29,192 nucleotides of DNA from Armatimonadota bacterium (GCA_034722055.1 JAYENL010000135.1:7399-36590); one strand, 5' to 3'; positions 15,234-25,930 are shown, counted from the stretch's first letter. Numbers and translations: made by a program. Notes: generated from the letters alone by a model not told the origin.

Positions 15234-16049
15234 ATGCGGATGGCGGTGGCAGTCGCAGTGATTGTGCTCATGGTAGAGGCCATCCTGGTGCTGGCCGTTC
15301 TGGCCGGCCTGCACTGGATTGGCGGCTGGCAGGGCGCCGCGCTGCTGGGAGGCTTTGTGGTGCTGCTTGTGGCGATTCCATGGCTGGGCGACTTCACGCT
15401 GCTTGCTGACTCCGGGGTGCCAGCCATGAAGGTGAGGCTGGCATGGTGGGGCAGCGTTACCGTCCGGGAGCGGGCACAGGAGCGGGAGGTGCTGGCCCGC
15501 GTCCTGGGGATCCCATGGCGGCGCCGTATCGGCAAGGAACGCCCCGAGGCCGAGCCTCCAGAGGCAAGGCCGGAAGCGGTAGTGGAGGAAGCGGTTGAGC
15601 CTGCCGTCGAGCCAGCTCCCGTGAGGTGGTGGAAGCGTCTGGATGCGGAGACTGCGGAGGGCGTGGCTGGGCTGGCGCTGAGCGGGCTACGCACGGCAAT
15701 AGATCTGGTGTGGGATGCGAGTGAGGTGGTGGTCGTGGTTAGCGACGCGGCGCAGCGGGAGGCCGTGGATAGAGCCGTGGAGAGTCTTTTCGGGAGGCGC
15801 GCCGTCGGGCCCGTGGACCTCACCCTCAGTCACAGGGGCGAGAGGCGCCGCGTCCGGGTGCGCTACCGCATCGGCCTGCTGCGCGCGGCGCTGGCCGCGC
15901 TCCAAGTGATGGTCGAGGGCCGACCGGTGGCCTTCGCCAGAGAGATGAGGCGGCAGAAGGCCAAGCGCACAGCGAAGCTGGACAGCGATCGCGAGCTGAT
16001 TGAGGAGATATTGCAGCAGCAGGAGGATGACGGTGATGGCGGAGTTTGA
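15234..16049 (+). CDS. Hypothetical membrane protein (positional analogue of YtfI/DUF2953)
   Basis: Two N-terminal TM helices; AAGGAG RBS; overlaps the downstream YtfJ-family gene. Confidence 0.6.
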   Translation: MRMAVAVAVIVLMVEAILVLAVLAGLHWIGGWQGAALLGGFVVLLVAIPWLGDFTLLADSGVPAMKVRLAWWGSVTVRERAQEREVLARVLGIPWRRRIGKERPEAEPPEARPEAVVEEAVEPAVEPAPVRWWKRLDAETAEGVAGLALSGLRTAIDLVWDASEVVVVVSDAAQREAVDRAVESLFGRRAVGPVDLTLSHRGERRRVRVRYRIGLLRAALAALQVMVEGRPVAFAREMRRQKAKRTAKLDSDRELIEEILQQQEDDGDGGV

Positions 16050-16461
16050 TGCCGGCGCATTCATGAAGGACATCGTGAGCGGCCTCGCAAGCATCAGCGA
16101 GTCTGTGAAGGTCATCGGGGAGCCAGTGGAGGCCGCCGGCAAGACCATCATCCCGGCTGTCGTGGCGCGGGTAGCCTTCGGGGCCGGCGGCGGTGGTGGC
16201 AGCAGCCCCACCGATAAGGAGGGCGAGCGCGAGAAAGGTGCCGGCGGCGGTGGCGGCGGGGGAGCGATGCTCACGCCCGTGTTCCTGGTGGTGGATGAGG
16301 AGGGCGAGCGCCTGCTGACCGTGCCAAGCGGCCTGTCCTCCGCCGTTGAGAAAGCCAGGAGCGCTCTGGACCGCGTGATGCCGCGGAAGCAGGGGAAGGG
16401 GCTGGAGGACGACGAGGAGCTGCAGGACCTCCAGGAAGGCGGCTCAGGAGCGGCCGACTGA
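16036..16461 (+). CDS. YtfJ/GerW-family protein
   Basis: VIGEPVEAAGKTIIPAVVARVAFGAGGGG...GAGGGGGGGAMLTPVFLVV; AGGAGG 9 nt upstream. Confidence 0.9.
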   Translation: MAEFDAGAFMKDIVSGLASISESVKVIGEPVEAAGKTIIPAVVARVAFGAGGGGGSSPTDKEGEREKGAGGGGGGGAMLTPVFLVVDEEGERLLTVPSGLSSAVEKARSALDRVMPRKQGKGLEDDEELQDLQEGGSGAAD

Positions 16462-16483
16462 CCGCACGCTGGGAGGGCGGAAG

Positions 16484-19336
16484 ATGCGATCAGGACACAG
16501 CATTGCAGCGGCGGCGGTAGTTGTGGCGTCGATGATGACGACGAATCTCTACGCTCAGGACCAGCCTCGCCAGGTGCAGGTGGGGCCGTGGACGGCTGAG
16601 GTGGGCGAGGCGCACCTGCAGAGCCTCCGCTGGGAGGGCGAGAAGCTGATCCAGCTTGGCGGCCTGCGCGGCTACCTGCCGGGGTGGGAGGGAGAGCGCT
16701 TTGGCCTGGCGGGCGGTGAGGTTGAGATTACCGAGCACTCCGCGACGTGGCATCGCGCCCAGCCCGGCAACCAGGAGGCCACCCTCACTCTGACGCTCAC
16801 GCCCGAGCGAGCCACCTATCGCCTTGAGACCACCGTGGAGGCGGCGGGCCCCACTGAGTTTTGGATCCAGATCGTCCCGGAAGCGGTCTTCACCGGCAGC
16901 CAGTGCTTCGTGTGGGCGGATGGAATGGAGTTGCGGACCCTCTCGCTCGACGAGACCTTCGAGAAGATCGGAGGGCTCCATCAGCTTCGCTTTGAGCGCG
17001 CCGACCGAAGTATTATCATCCGCTGCGACGGGTTCGAGCTGCAGGACCGCCGCGACCGCGGCTCCGGGCTCTTCCTGGTGGATGTCATCGGCTCCACCGG
17101 AGATCGTGCGGCGGAGATCACGCGCGCCCTGGAGATTGAGGTGCATCCTGCGCCGCCCGAACAGATTCCCCCTCGGCGGGAGATGCTCTCGCAGGTGGCC
17201 ACGGAGACCTCTCCCATGGAGCTTCCGAACGGCGGCTTCGAGCAGGGACTGGAGCGGTGGAGCGACAATCCGCTGGCCTCAGTCGATGAAGAGATCGTCC
17301 ACTCGGGACAGCGGGCGGCTCGCCTGGATGTCGAGGGCCAAGTCGAGCGGCGGGGCCATGTCTACCTCACGAGAATGATCCCGGTCCAGGAGCGGCATCT
17401 CTACCGGGCCTCCGCGTGGGTCCGTGGGGAGAACGTGCAGCCGCTGACCCAGGGCGGGATGCCCCCTGTGGGGGCCACTATCATCATGGAGTTCGCCGAC
17501 ACCAACGGCGACTGGTTCTCGAGCGGGAGCTACGCGCCCTCGAATTACGAGACCTTTGACTGGCGGCATCTGAGCACGGAGGTGGTGCGAGCGCCGGAGA
17601 ACGCGGGCTACGCCATCATCTACCTGGCGCTGCGGGGCGTGGGCAGGGCGTGGTTCGATGATGTGAAACTGGAGCATGTGCGGCATAACGTGGTGCTGCT
17701 GTCGCCGCTCCCGGGCGTGGAGGTGCACGACAATACGCCGACGCTGAATTGGCAGTTCAACCGCGAGACCTGGTCTGACGTGGAGCTGTCGCAGGATCTC
17801 GCCTTCCCCGACGAGGCCACACGCCTGATGGCGCACGTCTCTACGGCCCCGGTCACGGTGCAGGAGCCGCTGGAGCCGGGCCTCTGGCACTGGCGGGTGG
17901 GCGTCCCGGACTATGACGTGGCCTCGCGCACGTGGCGCTTCCAGCAGACGGCCTCCCTGGACGAGGACACCACGGAGCCGCATATCGTCGAGCGCCATGA
18001 CTGGCTGGCCACACCGGGCTCCCCGATGCGCATTCAATACTCGGACAATGTGGGCGTCGAGCGCGTCTGGCTCACTGTGGATGGCCGGGATGTCTCCGCG
18101 GCAGTGACGGTGGGAGAGGGTCAGGCCCGCTACGTCCCGGGCGAGCCCTGGCGGCCGGGCCTGCATATCGCCCAGGTGCGCGTGGAGGACGCCGCCGGCA
18201 ACGCCGCCGAGCGCGAGCTGTACTTCACGCACTGCCAGCCACTGCCGCGAATCATCTGGCAGCGCACTGGAGGAGTGAGCATCGCCGGCCGGCCGGATTT
18301 CCTGCTGGGGATGTACGGTGTGAACGAAGATGACATGGGGGACATCGCTGCCGGGGGCTTCGACTACTGCCACTCCTACCGCTGGGACGGCCCGGGCACC
18401 ACAGAGGAGGCCCTGCAGTACCTGGACGCGGCGCAGAGCCACGGTTTGCGCGTCTTCATGGGCCTCTCGCGGCAGCAGCTCATGGCGCATGACCAGCGCT
18501 TCGTGGCCGAGCGCGTGGCGGCGCTGATGCGCCACCCGGCGCTGCTGGCCTGGTATCTGTACGATGAGCCTGACCTGGAGCACCAGTATGTGTCCCCGAT
18601 GTGGCTGGAGCTCTACTACCGGCTGATCAAATCCCTGGACCCCTTCCATCCGGTGGTGGTGACCTGTGCCCGGGATGACGCCGTGGCCCGCTACCGGGAC
18701 GCGTTCGACGTGCACTGGACGCAGGTCTACGGGAGCACCGCCTACGTGTCCACTCGGCTGGAGCGCCACCGCTCGAGTCTGCGGGAGGGCACACCGCTGG
18801 CGGCCATCCTCCACTGCTACGACAAGAGGCAGACCAGCGAGCTGCGTGGCGGCGCCCAGCCGGACCCCGCCCAGTTCCAGCCCGACGGGAGCCTCATGCG
18901 CGCCAACGCCTTCATGGCCATCGCGCACGGCTCCAGCGGGCTGACGTGGTGGTGGTGGGGCTACGGCGGGGGCGACCGCTACTTCACGGTCGCCAACGCG
19001 CCGCAGGCATGGGAGTCTCTGCAGCAGACCGTCGCGGATATCCACTCCCTGGAGCCGGTGCTGACGGCTGAAGGCGCAGTGACGATGTCCGTCCAGACGC
19101 CCGCGGAGAATGTGGAGGTGCATGTGTGGGAGAAGCGCCTGCCCCAGCGGGTGGTGACCATCGCGGTCAACCAGACGGATGAGACCTGCGATGTGCGGTG
19201 GCGGCCACAGACGCCCCCGGCAGCGGCGACGGTGAGCGTGCTGTTCGAGGACCGCGAGCTGGAGCTGACGGAGGGTGCGCTGGTGGACGCCTTCGGCCCC
19301 CGCGCAGTGCACGTTTACGAGTGGGCGGCGCCGTAA
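16484..19336 (+). CDS. Large secreted multidomain putative glycoside hydrolase (CBM4/9-like, Ig-like, C-terminal TIM-barrel)
   Basis: Signal peptide; LPNGGFEQG...HSGQRAARL...AWFDDVKL; VEDAAGN Ig-like motif; HPALLAWYLYDEP...IKSLDPFHPV catalytic-like segment; RBS GGGAGG. Confidence 0.75.
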   Translation: MRSGHSIAAAAVVVASMMTTNLYAQDQPRQVQVGPWTAEVGEAHLQSLRWEGEKLIQLGGLRGYLPGWEGERFGLAGGEVEITEHSATWHRAQPGNQEATLTLTLTPERATYRLETTVEAAGPTEFWIQIVPEAVFTGSQCFVWADGMELRTLSLDETFEKIGGLHQLRFERADRSIIIRCDGFELQDRRDRGSGLFLVDVIGSTGDRAAEITRALEIEVHPAPPEQIPPRREMLSQVATETSPMELPNGGFEQGLERWSDNPLASVDEEIVHSGQRAARLDVEGQVERRGHVYLTRMIPVQERHLYRASAWVRGENVQPLTQGGMPPVGATIIMEFADTNGDWFSSGSYAPSNYETFDWRHLSTEVVRAPENAGYAIIYLALRGVGRAWFDDVKLEHVRHNVVLLSPLPGVEVHDNTPTLNWQFNRETWSDVELSQDLAFPDEATRLMAHVSTAPVTVQEPLEPGLWHWRVGVPDYDVASRTWRFQQTASLDEDTTEPHIVERHDWLATPGSPMRIQYSDNVGVERVWLTVDGRDVSAAVTVGEGQARYVPGEPWRPGLHIAQVRVEDAAGNAAERELYFTHCQPLPRIIWQRTGGVSIAGRPDFLLGMYGVNEDDMGDIAAGGFDYCHSYRWDGPGTTEEALQYLDAAQSHGLRVFMGLSRQQLMAHDQRFVAERVAALMRHPALLAWYLYDEPDLEHQYVSPMWLELYYRLIKSLDPFHPVVVTCARDDAVARYRDAFDVHWTQVYGSTAYVSTRLERHRSSLREGTPLAAILHCYDKRQTSELRGGAQPDPAQFQPDGSLMRANAFMAIAHGSSGLTWWWWGYGGGDRYFTVANAPQAWESLQQTVADIHSLEPVLTAEGAVTMSVQTPAENVEVHVWEKRLPQRVVTIAVNQTDETCDVRWRPQTPPAAATVSVLFEDRELELTEGALVDAFGPRAVHVYEWAAP

Positions 19337-19363
19337 GCCCGGGCGTAGCAACCGCATAGATGG

Positions 19364-19386
19364 ATAGATGGGGCTTCCAGCCCGAC
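19364..19386. repeat. Degenerate GTAG-type REP-like palindrome
   Basis: ATAGATGGGGCTTCCAGCCCGAC resembles the reverse complement of 7196-7218 (GTAGGTCGGGCTTCCAGCCCGAC). Confidence 0.55.
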
Positions 19387-19524
19387 ATCAAGATGACGAC
19401 AATGGCGTGTGGGCGGGGGCGCCCGCACCACGGGAGGGCATCAGCCACAAAACTGCAGGCGACGGCACGCATCCCAACCCATCGCCATCGCGGTGATCAT
19501 GTGTCTTGCCGGCGGAGGTCGTCG

Positions 19525-20292
19525 ATGCCCGAGCGCGCCCGCCTTACCGCAGTTGTGCTCACCCAGGACGAGCCCTTCGCGGTCCCCGTGCTGCTGGAGG
19601 AGCTGTTGGGGGAGAGGGCAGACCGCATCGCCGCGGTGTTCATCGCTCCACCTACCTCCCAGCGCGAGACATTCGGGGAGTTGGTGCGGCGGTGGCGCCT
19701 GGCCTTCGGCCCTTGGACCTTCCTGCGCTACGGCCTGCGCTACCTGAAGGCGAGGCTGGTGGGGCCGCGGCCGGCGCAGGTGGCGCGGCGTCACGGCGTG
19801 GCGGTTGACCAGGTGCGAGACGTGAACGCTCCGGAGTTCCTGGAGCGGCTGCGGGAGATGGGCGTGGACCTGGTCATCTCGGCGGCCTGCCCCCAGATCC
19901 TCCGGGAGGAGCTCCTTAACCTGCCGCCGCTGGGCTGCATCAATGTGCACTCGGGGCCGCTGCCTCGGTACCGGGGGATGCTGCCCACCTTCTGGGTGCT
20001 CTACGAGCACGAGGAGGAGACGGCGGTGACCGTGCATTTCATGAATGAGAAGCTCGATGACGGCCCCATCATCCTCCAGGAGGCCGTGCCCGTTCGAGAG
20101 GATGAGACGCAGGCGAGCCTCATGCGCCGCTGCAAGGTGGTGGGGGGGCGGCTGCTGTCCCAGGCCATCGACCTGTTCGAGATGGATGCGGTGGAGACCA
20201 CACCGAATCCTCGCGAGGAGGCCACCCACTACTCCTTCCCGACCCCCGAGCAGGCTCGCCGCTTCCGAGCCGAGGGCGGACGGTGGCTGTGA
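19525..20292 (+). CDS. N10-formyl-THF-dependent formyltransferase (Fmt-like, N-domain only; probably a sugar or small-molecule formyltransferase)
   Basis: GCINVHSGPLPRYRG and TVHFMNEKLDDGPII motifs; lacks the Fmt C-terminal tRNA-binding domain; RBS GGAGG. Confidence 0.85.
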   Translation: MPERARLTAVVLTQDEPFAVPVLLEELLGERADRIAAVFIAPPTSQRETFGELVRRWRLAFGPWTFLRYGLRYLKARLVGPRPAQVARRHGVAVDQVRDVNAPEFLERLREMGVDLVISAACPQILREELLNLPPLGCINVHSGPLPRYRGMLPTFWVLYEHEEETAVTVHFMNEKLDDGPIILQEAVPVREDETQASLMRRCKVVGGRLLSQAIDLFEMDAVETTPNPREEATHYSFPTPEQARRFRAEGGRWL

Positions 20293-20467
20293 GGAACGGC
20301 TCACGCATCTGAAGATGCGTCCCTCCGGAGGCGCACGGCAGCGGCAGCGGGCGCGGTGGCTGCCACGGGACGACTGAGTCGCGGCGCAGGCTTCCAGGTT
20401 GCGGTCGCGTGGCGTCGCGAGGGAGCCGTTCGGAGTCGACCGCTGTCGTCGTATCTTGGTGATGTGT

Positions 20468-22015
20468 ATGGCAGGGGATGTCGAGCGCGCATTCAGCCCT
20501 GAGTGCCCCGAGCGGCCATCGTGGCTCCGCCGCCACTGGCGGGCCGGGCTGCTCGCGGCCGTCGCGCTGCTGCTGGCGATCTCCTGCCGTGACATGCACC
20601 TCAACCCGGACTCGGTCCACTACATCGACATGGCGCGGACGATGATCCGGGAGCACACCGTCGCGTCGTGGCACCTGACCCTCAACGCCGAGCGGGTGCC
20701 GATGACGAACCTCTACTGGCCGCCGCTGTATCCCGCGCTGCTGGCGGTTCCCATGGCGGCGGGCGCCTCTGCCGAGACGGCGACGTGGCTCATCGCCGTC
20801 ATCAGCTACACGGCGGCGCTCGGAGTACTGGTGTGGTGGCTGCGCCAGCCCGAGTGGGCGCTGGCTGTGGGGGCGGGGTTCATCTACCTGAGCTTCGCGT
20901 GCGGCCTGCCCTTTCGGGCGCTGTCGGAGGGGCCGTACGTGGGGCTGATGCTGGGGGCGCTGCTGTGCCTGGCGACGGCCGCCGGGGGCCGGAGCCGCCA
21001 AGCGGTCCTCGGAGCTGGCCTGCTGTCCGGCGCCCTGGCGGCGGCCGCCATGCTCTGTCGCCATGCCGGCGTGGCCACGGTGGCGACGGTGCTGCTGGTG
21101 GCGATTCTCGCACCTGGGACCAGTCGCCGCCGTCGAGCTGGTCTGCTTCTGGCCGTCCTGGTGGGAGTTGTGGTGGTTCTGGGGCCCTGGCTGGCGCGGC
21201 AGATCATGGTGAACGGGGAGTTGTTCGGCCCCCACCGGCCCGTGAGTCGGCGCCCGCTGGCGGCCATGTTCCGGGCTCTGGGGAGTTCGATCTACCTCGA
21301 CTTCGGAGCGATCCTGTTGGCGATGGTAGTTGGCGCTGTGGGCCTTCGGCGGGCACAGGAGCCTGCGAACGCATCCCGCCGTGGCTTCGTGTCCGCGGCG
21401 CTGCTGGGCGGGATCGTCGGCGCTGTGGCGCACATCGCGGTGACCATGGCCTCCCAGATGATGTATCAGATCGACGTTCCTCCCAGTACATGCTACTTCT
21501 TCCCCGCATACGTGTCGGTGCTGCTGGCCGGCGGCTCGCTGCTGGCGACGTGCACACCGCCGGCGGGTGTGCTCAGACGCCGCTGGCCGCTGGTAGTGAT
21601 CGCGGGCGCGCCCATCGCGCTGGGCCCGCTGTTCGCCGGGATGGTGGCGACCGATGTCACGCCCCGCTACACTCCCCTGGACGCCTGGATCGAGCAGAAC
21701 ACCGCCCCGGGCGATCTCATCATCGCCCACCGGGCGTGGCCGATCCGGCTGCACACCGGGCGACCGGTGTTGGAGTCCGGCCAGGCAGCCGATCCACCCA
21801 TTACGGACGGGCAGTTGGTCAGCCGCTTCCTGGAGCGTTTCGGCCACCACTTCGGCGACGTCTACGTGATCTTCTTTGGGGACCCGGAGCGTTTCGTGGC
21901 TGAGTACGAGCAAGCCGGGCTGGATGTCGAGCGGGTGGCCACCGTGCGGTCGCGGCGGCATGACTACGACCGCCCTGCGCTCCACGACGTGGCCGTCTTG
22001 CGTCTGCGGCACTGA
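20468..22015 (+). CDS. Polytopic membrane protein, GT-C/ArnT-like glycosyltransferase
   Basis: First loop NPDSVHYIDMAR...YWPPLYPALLA, LSEG motif, about 11-12 TM segments, soluble C-terminal domain. Confidence 0.65.
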   Translation: MAGDVERAFSPECPERPSWLRRHWRAGLLAAVALLLAISCRDMHLNPDSVHYIDMARTMIREHTVASWHLTLNAERVPMTNLYWPPLYPALLAVPMAAGASAETATWLIAVISYTAALGVLVWWLRQPEWALAVGAGFIYLSFACGLPFRALSEGPYVGLMLGALLCLATAAGGRSRQAVLGAGLLSGALAAAAMLCRHAGVATVATVLLVAILAPGTSRRRRAGLLLAVLVGVVVVLGPWLARQIMVNGELFGPHRPVSRRPLAAMFRALGSSIYLDFGAILLAMVVGAVGLRRAQEPANASRRGFVSAALLGGIVGAVAHIAVTMASQMMYQIDVPPSTCYFFPAYVSVLLAGGSLLATCTPPAGVLRRRWPLVVIAGAPIALGPLFAGMVATDVTPRYTPLDAWIEQNTAPGDLIIAHRAWPIRLHTGRPVLESGQAADPPITDGQLVSRFLERFGHHFGDVYVIFFGDPERFVAEYEQAGLDVERVATVRSRRHDYDRPALHDVAVLRLRH

Positions 22016-22085
22016 GGTGTGGGCGGGGACGCTGTCCGGTGCGCCGTTTTAGTGGCAAAATACTTTCCTGGCAATAGGAGTGGAC

Positions 22086-23348
22086 ATGACACAGCGCGAG
22101 CGGTTCCGCAGGATCATCCATCACCAGGAGGTCGATCGCATCCCCTACATGTTCGGCGGGCCGCGGGCCTCCACGTTCGCCGCCTGGCGCAGGCAGGGCC
22201 TCAGCGAGCGGCAGCAGCGCGGCTGGGGCAGCTTCACGGGCGCCGATGGCTTCATGGGCGCCGGCAAGTTCTACACCGGCGTGCATCCGCTCTTCGAGGA
22301 GCGGCTGATCCGGGAGGAGGGCAACCTGCGCACCTGGGCGGACGGCTGGGGCGCGACGCGCCAGGATGCCATCAACCAGCCCACGGAGGGGTTCGCCACC
22401 CGGCGATGGCTGGACTTCGCGGTGAAGACCCGTGAGGATTGGGAGCGTGTCAAACAGCGCCTCGACCCGCACTCCCCCGAGCGCACTCGGCCGCTGTCGG
22501 CCGACGAGGTGCCTGAGAGCATGGGGCCGGACGGCTACGGCCGGCATCCCATCGGCGGCTCCCACTGGAGGGACAACATCGAACGGTGTAAGGAGGCGGA
22601 TGTGCCCGTGCGGCTGAGCATCGCCGGAATCTACTGGGGCATTCGGGACTACACCGGCATGGAGGGCCTGTCGGTGATGTTCTACGACCAGCCCGAGCTG
22701 GTGCACGACATGTTCGAGCACTGGGCCTGGATGCTGATGGAGCTGCTCGACGAGCCCCTGCGGCACATCAAGGTGGATGAGCTGGTCCTCAATGAGGACA
22801 TGGCCTTCAAGAAGCAGTCGATGATGTCGCCGCCGCTGATGGAGCAGTTCCTGCTGCCCCGCTACCTGAGGCTGTACGAGTTCTTCAAGGAGCGCGGGGT
22901 GGAGGCGGTGGTAATGGACTCGGATGGGTTCAACTACCAGATCCTGGATGTCCTCTACCCGCAGGCGCTGGACGGTATCCAGCCGGTGGAGATCGCGGCC
23001 GGCAACGATCCCGAGGAGATGCTGCGGCGCTGGCCGGACATCTTCATCCACGGCGGCGTCGATAAGCGAGAGCTGGCGAGAGGCCGTCAGCGCCTGCGGG
23101 CGGAGGTGGCCACCCGCTACGCCAGCGCCTGGAAGCACGGCGGCTACATCCCGCACACCGACCATGGGGTGCCCCCGGACATTCCGCTGCGCAACTTCCT
23201 GTATTACGTGGAGCTGGCGCGGGGATTCTGCAACGGGGAGGACCTCGACCGCTACGAGCCGCCCTGCGAGCTGGAGCCGCAGCTCGGTCCCATCGAGGAG
23301 ATGTTCGATCCGCAGTCGGCGATTGCGCGGGCCTACGGCACGGGGTAG
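22086..23348 (+). CDS. Uroporphyrinogen decarboxylase-like (URO-D/methyltransferase superfamily) protein
   Basis: [11 protein letters not shown]...[54 protein letters not shown]. Confidence 0.85.
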   Translation: MTQRERFRRIIHHQEVDRIPYMFGGPRASTFAAWRRQGLSERQQRGWGSFTGADGFMGAGKFYTGVHPLFEERLIREEGNLRTWADGWGATRQDAINQPTEGFATRRWLDFAVKTREDWERVKQRLDPHSPERTRPLSADEVPESMGPDGYGRHPIGGSHWRDNIERCKEADVPVRLSIAGIYWGIRDYTGMEGLSVMFYDQPELVHDMFEHWAWMLMELLDEPLRHIKVDELVLNEDMAFKKQSMMSPPLMEQFLLPRYLRLYEFFKERGVEAVVMDSDGFNYQILDVLYPQALDGIQPVEIAAGNDPEEMLRRWPDIFIHGGVDKRELARGRQRLRAEVATRYASAWKHGGYIPHTDHGVPPDIPLRNFLYYVELARGFCNGEDLDRYEPPCELEPQLGPIEEMFDPQSAIARAYGTG

Positions 23349-23470
23349 CAGGCCGGCGCGGCTCCGCCGTAACACCGAGGAGTCGCCTGCGTGTATGTTC
23401 GCGGTGCGTCCCTGCTGGGCGTGTATCCAGGGCCCCGCGCCACGGCCTATGTGCCCAGAGAGGTGCTGCC

Positions 23471-25690
23471 ATGATGCGGCGATGTGTCGTCGTCACGCTT
23501 CTGGTCGCACTGGCGGTGCCTGGCGCGGCCGCCGTGTGGCAGGCCCCCGGCCTGGCTATTGAGCACTCCGACGCCGCGCCCCTGGGCATCGTCGCCCTCC
23601 GACCCTCCGCCGACGGCCCCGCGCTCTTCCTTGACCCTGACAGCGTGGAGATCACCTGGGAGCTGACGATGGTCGATCCGGAGGGCAAGGAGCTGAGTAT
23701 CGATCCCGTTTCGCGGGAGCTTGGCGGCCAGGTCGAGCGCCAGGGCGACTCCCTGCTGATGGTCTGGGAGGCCACGGAGGTGCCGGGTGGGAGCGTGAAG
23801 GTGGCGTGCAGGTTCGCGCCGGCGCCGGCCGCGGACTGCCGCCCCGGTTCTCCGCTGGTCTACGGGCTCATAGAGGTGGTGAACGAGAGCGCCTGCCAGC
23901 TCCGCGCGGTGCAGTTCCCCCGCCTGACCTTCGTGCCGGGGCCGTCGGAGCCGCATGAGATCACGCTGGTCTTCCCGCGCGCGTACGGCCGCTCCTGGCG
24001 CAATCCCTTTGACGCGCCCTACGGCTATCTGGTGGGGACGATGGAGCCGGCCGGCCACGCCGGCGGTATGGAGATGCAGTTCGGCACGCTCTACGATGAT
24101 GCGGGCAATGGCCTCTACTGGGCCTTCCATGACGGCGATGGCTACCACAAGCGAGTGGTCTACGACAACAAGGTCGCGCCGGGCACGATCGTGTTCAAGA
24201 TGGAGCATGTGCCCGAGAACTGCCTCACTCCGGGGCAGGACTACCGTTCGACCTACCCGGTGGCGCTGGGCGCGTATGAGGGCGACTGGTGGGATGCGGC
24301 GCGCATCTACCGGGAGTGGGCGCTGGGGCAGAAGTGGGCGCAGGCGGGACCCATCGAGACGCGCCAGGACGCGGCCGAATGGGTGAAGCACGCTGACGTC
24401 TGGATCCGCGGCGACGCGCGGCGCTACTCGCCGGAGCTGGCGGCGGAGTTCACCTACGAGTTGCAGGACATCGCGGGCGGGACCTTCGGCGTGCAGCTCT
24501 ACTCCTGGTACCAGCGGGAGCCGGGGGCTCATAGCTGGTCTTCGACACTGGGCTGGCCGATGGTCGAGGGCTACCCGGAGATGATCGCCGAGGCCAGAGG
24601 CCGCGGCGTGCACCATACCCCCTACGTCAACTCCCTGCAGACCGACCTCGAGGACCCGAGCTGTCCCCAGGGGATCCAGAGCGCCTTCGCCCTCGATGCC
24701 TCAGGCCGTGCGCTGCGCTGGAGCGAGGAGGGGGAGCAGTACATCATGTGCGCCGCCACCGAGACCTGGAAGGACATGCTGGTGCGGGCCTGCGAGCGGC
24801 TGGTGCGGGACGGCAACGCGTCGGGGGTCTACCTGGACCAGCTCGGCGGGCATTGCAGCCGGCCCTGCTACAGCCCCGACCACGGCCATCCCGTGGGCGG
24901 GGGCGCCTACGCCACCGACGGCCTGCGGCAGATCTGCCAGGCCATCCGGGAGGCCATGTGGCGGCATTACCCCGAGGCGGCGCTGTCGGGCGAGGTCCAG
25001 CACGAGATGCTGCTGGACGTGACCGACCACCGGCTCATGCACTATAACTACTGGCCCGGCTGGGTCAACCTGTGGGCGGCGGTGTATGGGGACTACACGG
25101 TTACCTATGGCCGCACCATCAGCTTCGCGCAGACGCCGCGCTCCGACGGCACTCCGCGGCAGCCCATCGAGTTCTTCGGACCCATGGGCAACACGCTGGT
25201 GTCGGGGATGGCCTTCGGGCGCATCTGGCCCACCGGCAATCCCCAGAACCTGCTCAGCTCCCCGGGGAACGAGGCGAAGAAGCAGTACTTCATCACCTGC
25301 GTGGACCTGCGCTGCGCGGCGCGGAAGTTCCTGGAGTTCGGCTACCTGCAGCGGCCCGTGAGGATCCCCGCCTACATCCCGCAGGTGCCCATCGATGATC
25401 CGAAGGGTCGGCCCAGCGCCATCGACGCGGTGCTGCACTCCTCCTGGCGCGCCTCCGATGGATCCCTGGGGTTCGTCTTCACCAACGTCAGCGAGGAGGT
25501 GCAGGAGTTCGATTGGGTAGCCGACCTCAGCACCTATGAGATCGCGCCGGCGGAGGTCTATCGAGTTCAGCGCATCCTCCCGGACGGCACCCGGCGGAAA
25601 GTCGCGGACCTGCAGATGCCTACCCTGCAGCGCAGCGAGGAGCTGCAGCCGCACGACGTGATGGTCTATGAGGTGACGGTGGCGGAGTAG
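23471..25690 (+). CDS. Secreted DUF6259-type putative glycoside hydrolase
   Basis: Signal peptide; GDWWDAARIYREWA, GVYLDQLGG...PCYSPDHGHPVGGG motifs. Confidence 0.7.
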   Translation: MMRRCVVVTLLVALAVPGAAAVWQAPGLAIEHSDAAPLGIVALRPSADGPALFLDPDSVEITWELTMVDPEGKELSIDPVSRELGGQVERQGDSLLMVWEATEVPGGSVKVACRFAPAPAADCRPGSPLVYGLIEVVNESACQLRAVQFPRLTFVPGPSEPHEITLVFPRAYGRSWRNPFDAPYGYLVGTMEPAGHAGGMEMQFGTLYDDAGNGLYWAFHDGDGYHKRVVYDNKVAPGTIVFKMEHVPENCLTPGQDYRSTYPVALGAYEGDWWDAARIYREWALGQKWAQAGPIETRQDAAEWVKHADVWIRGDARRYSPELAAEFTYELQDIAGGTFGVQLYSWYQREPGAHSWSSTLGWPMVEGYPEMIAEARGRGVHHTPYVNSLQTDLEDPSCPQGIQSAFALDASGRALRWSEEGEQYIMCAATETWKDMLVRACERLVRDGNASGVYLDQLGGHCSRPCYSPDHGHPVGGGAYATDGLRQICQAIREAMWRHYPEAALSGEVQHEMLLDVTDHRLMHYNYWPGWVNLWAAVYGDYTVTYGRTISFAQTPRSDGTPRQPIEFFGPMGNTLVSGMAFGRIWPTGNPQNLLSSPGNEAKKQYFITCVDLRCAARKFLEFGYLQRPVRIPAYIPQVPIDDPKGRPSAIDAVLHSSWRASDGSLGFVFTNVSEEVQEFDWVADLSTYEIAPAEVYRVQRILPDGTRRKVADLQMPTLQRSEELQPHDVMVYEVTVAE

Positions 25691-25774
25691 TAGAAGCCAC
25701 AAGCGGCAAGTGTGTCGCCCTCCGCTTCCATCCTCCCGCCCGGGCGGCGTTGTCGCACGTGTTTGCCGTCCTGG

Positions 25775-25908
25775 CGTACGGAGCGGCGGGCTGCCTGGCC
25801 CGCCGTCGTTGATATGCCGGTGCCTCTGCCGTGCCCGAGCTGAGGGCTCGGGCCCACCGCCTCCGCCCCGGCAACGTGGGGCGGCCTGGGCACGCCCCCC
25901 TCCGTACG
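25775..25908. repeat. Family C REPIN/MITE-like composite element
   Basis: CGTACGGAG...CTCCGTACG termini; internal GGCGGGC-tgcctg-GCCCGCC and GCCCGAGC-tgagg-GCTCGGGC; same order as 6820-6980. Confidence 0.75.
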
Positions 25909-25930
25909 GCACGAGCAAGGCCTCCGGGCC

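Noticed and set aside
19525..20292. Methionyl-tRNA formyltransferase (fmt)
   Set aside because: Lacks the C-terminal tRNA-binding domain and the FMGTP N-terminal motif; no def gene adjacent
22086..23348. True hemE
   Set aside because: Lacks the WxMRQAGR motif; belongs to the broader URO-D-like family
3435..25918. Long antisense or alternate-frame ORFs (e.g. 3435..5585-, 7767..8828-, 17279..19357-, 20120..22012-, 21819..23375-, 23447..24616-, 24701..25918-)
   Set aside because: Shadow ORFs of real high-GC genes; no recognisable motifs and low-complexity Arg/Pro/Gly/Ala composition
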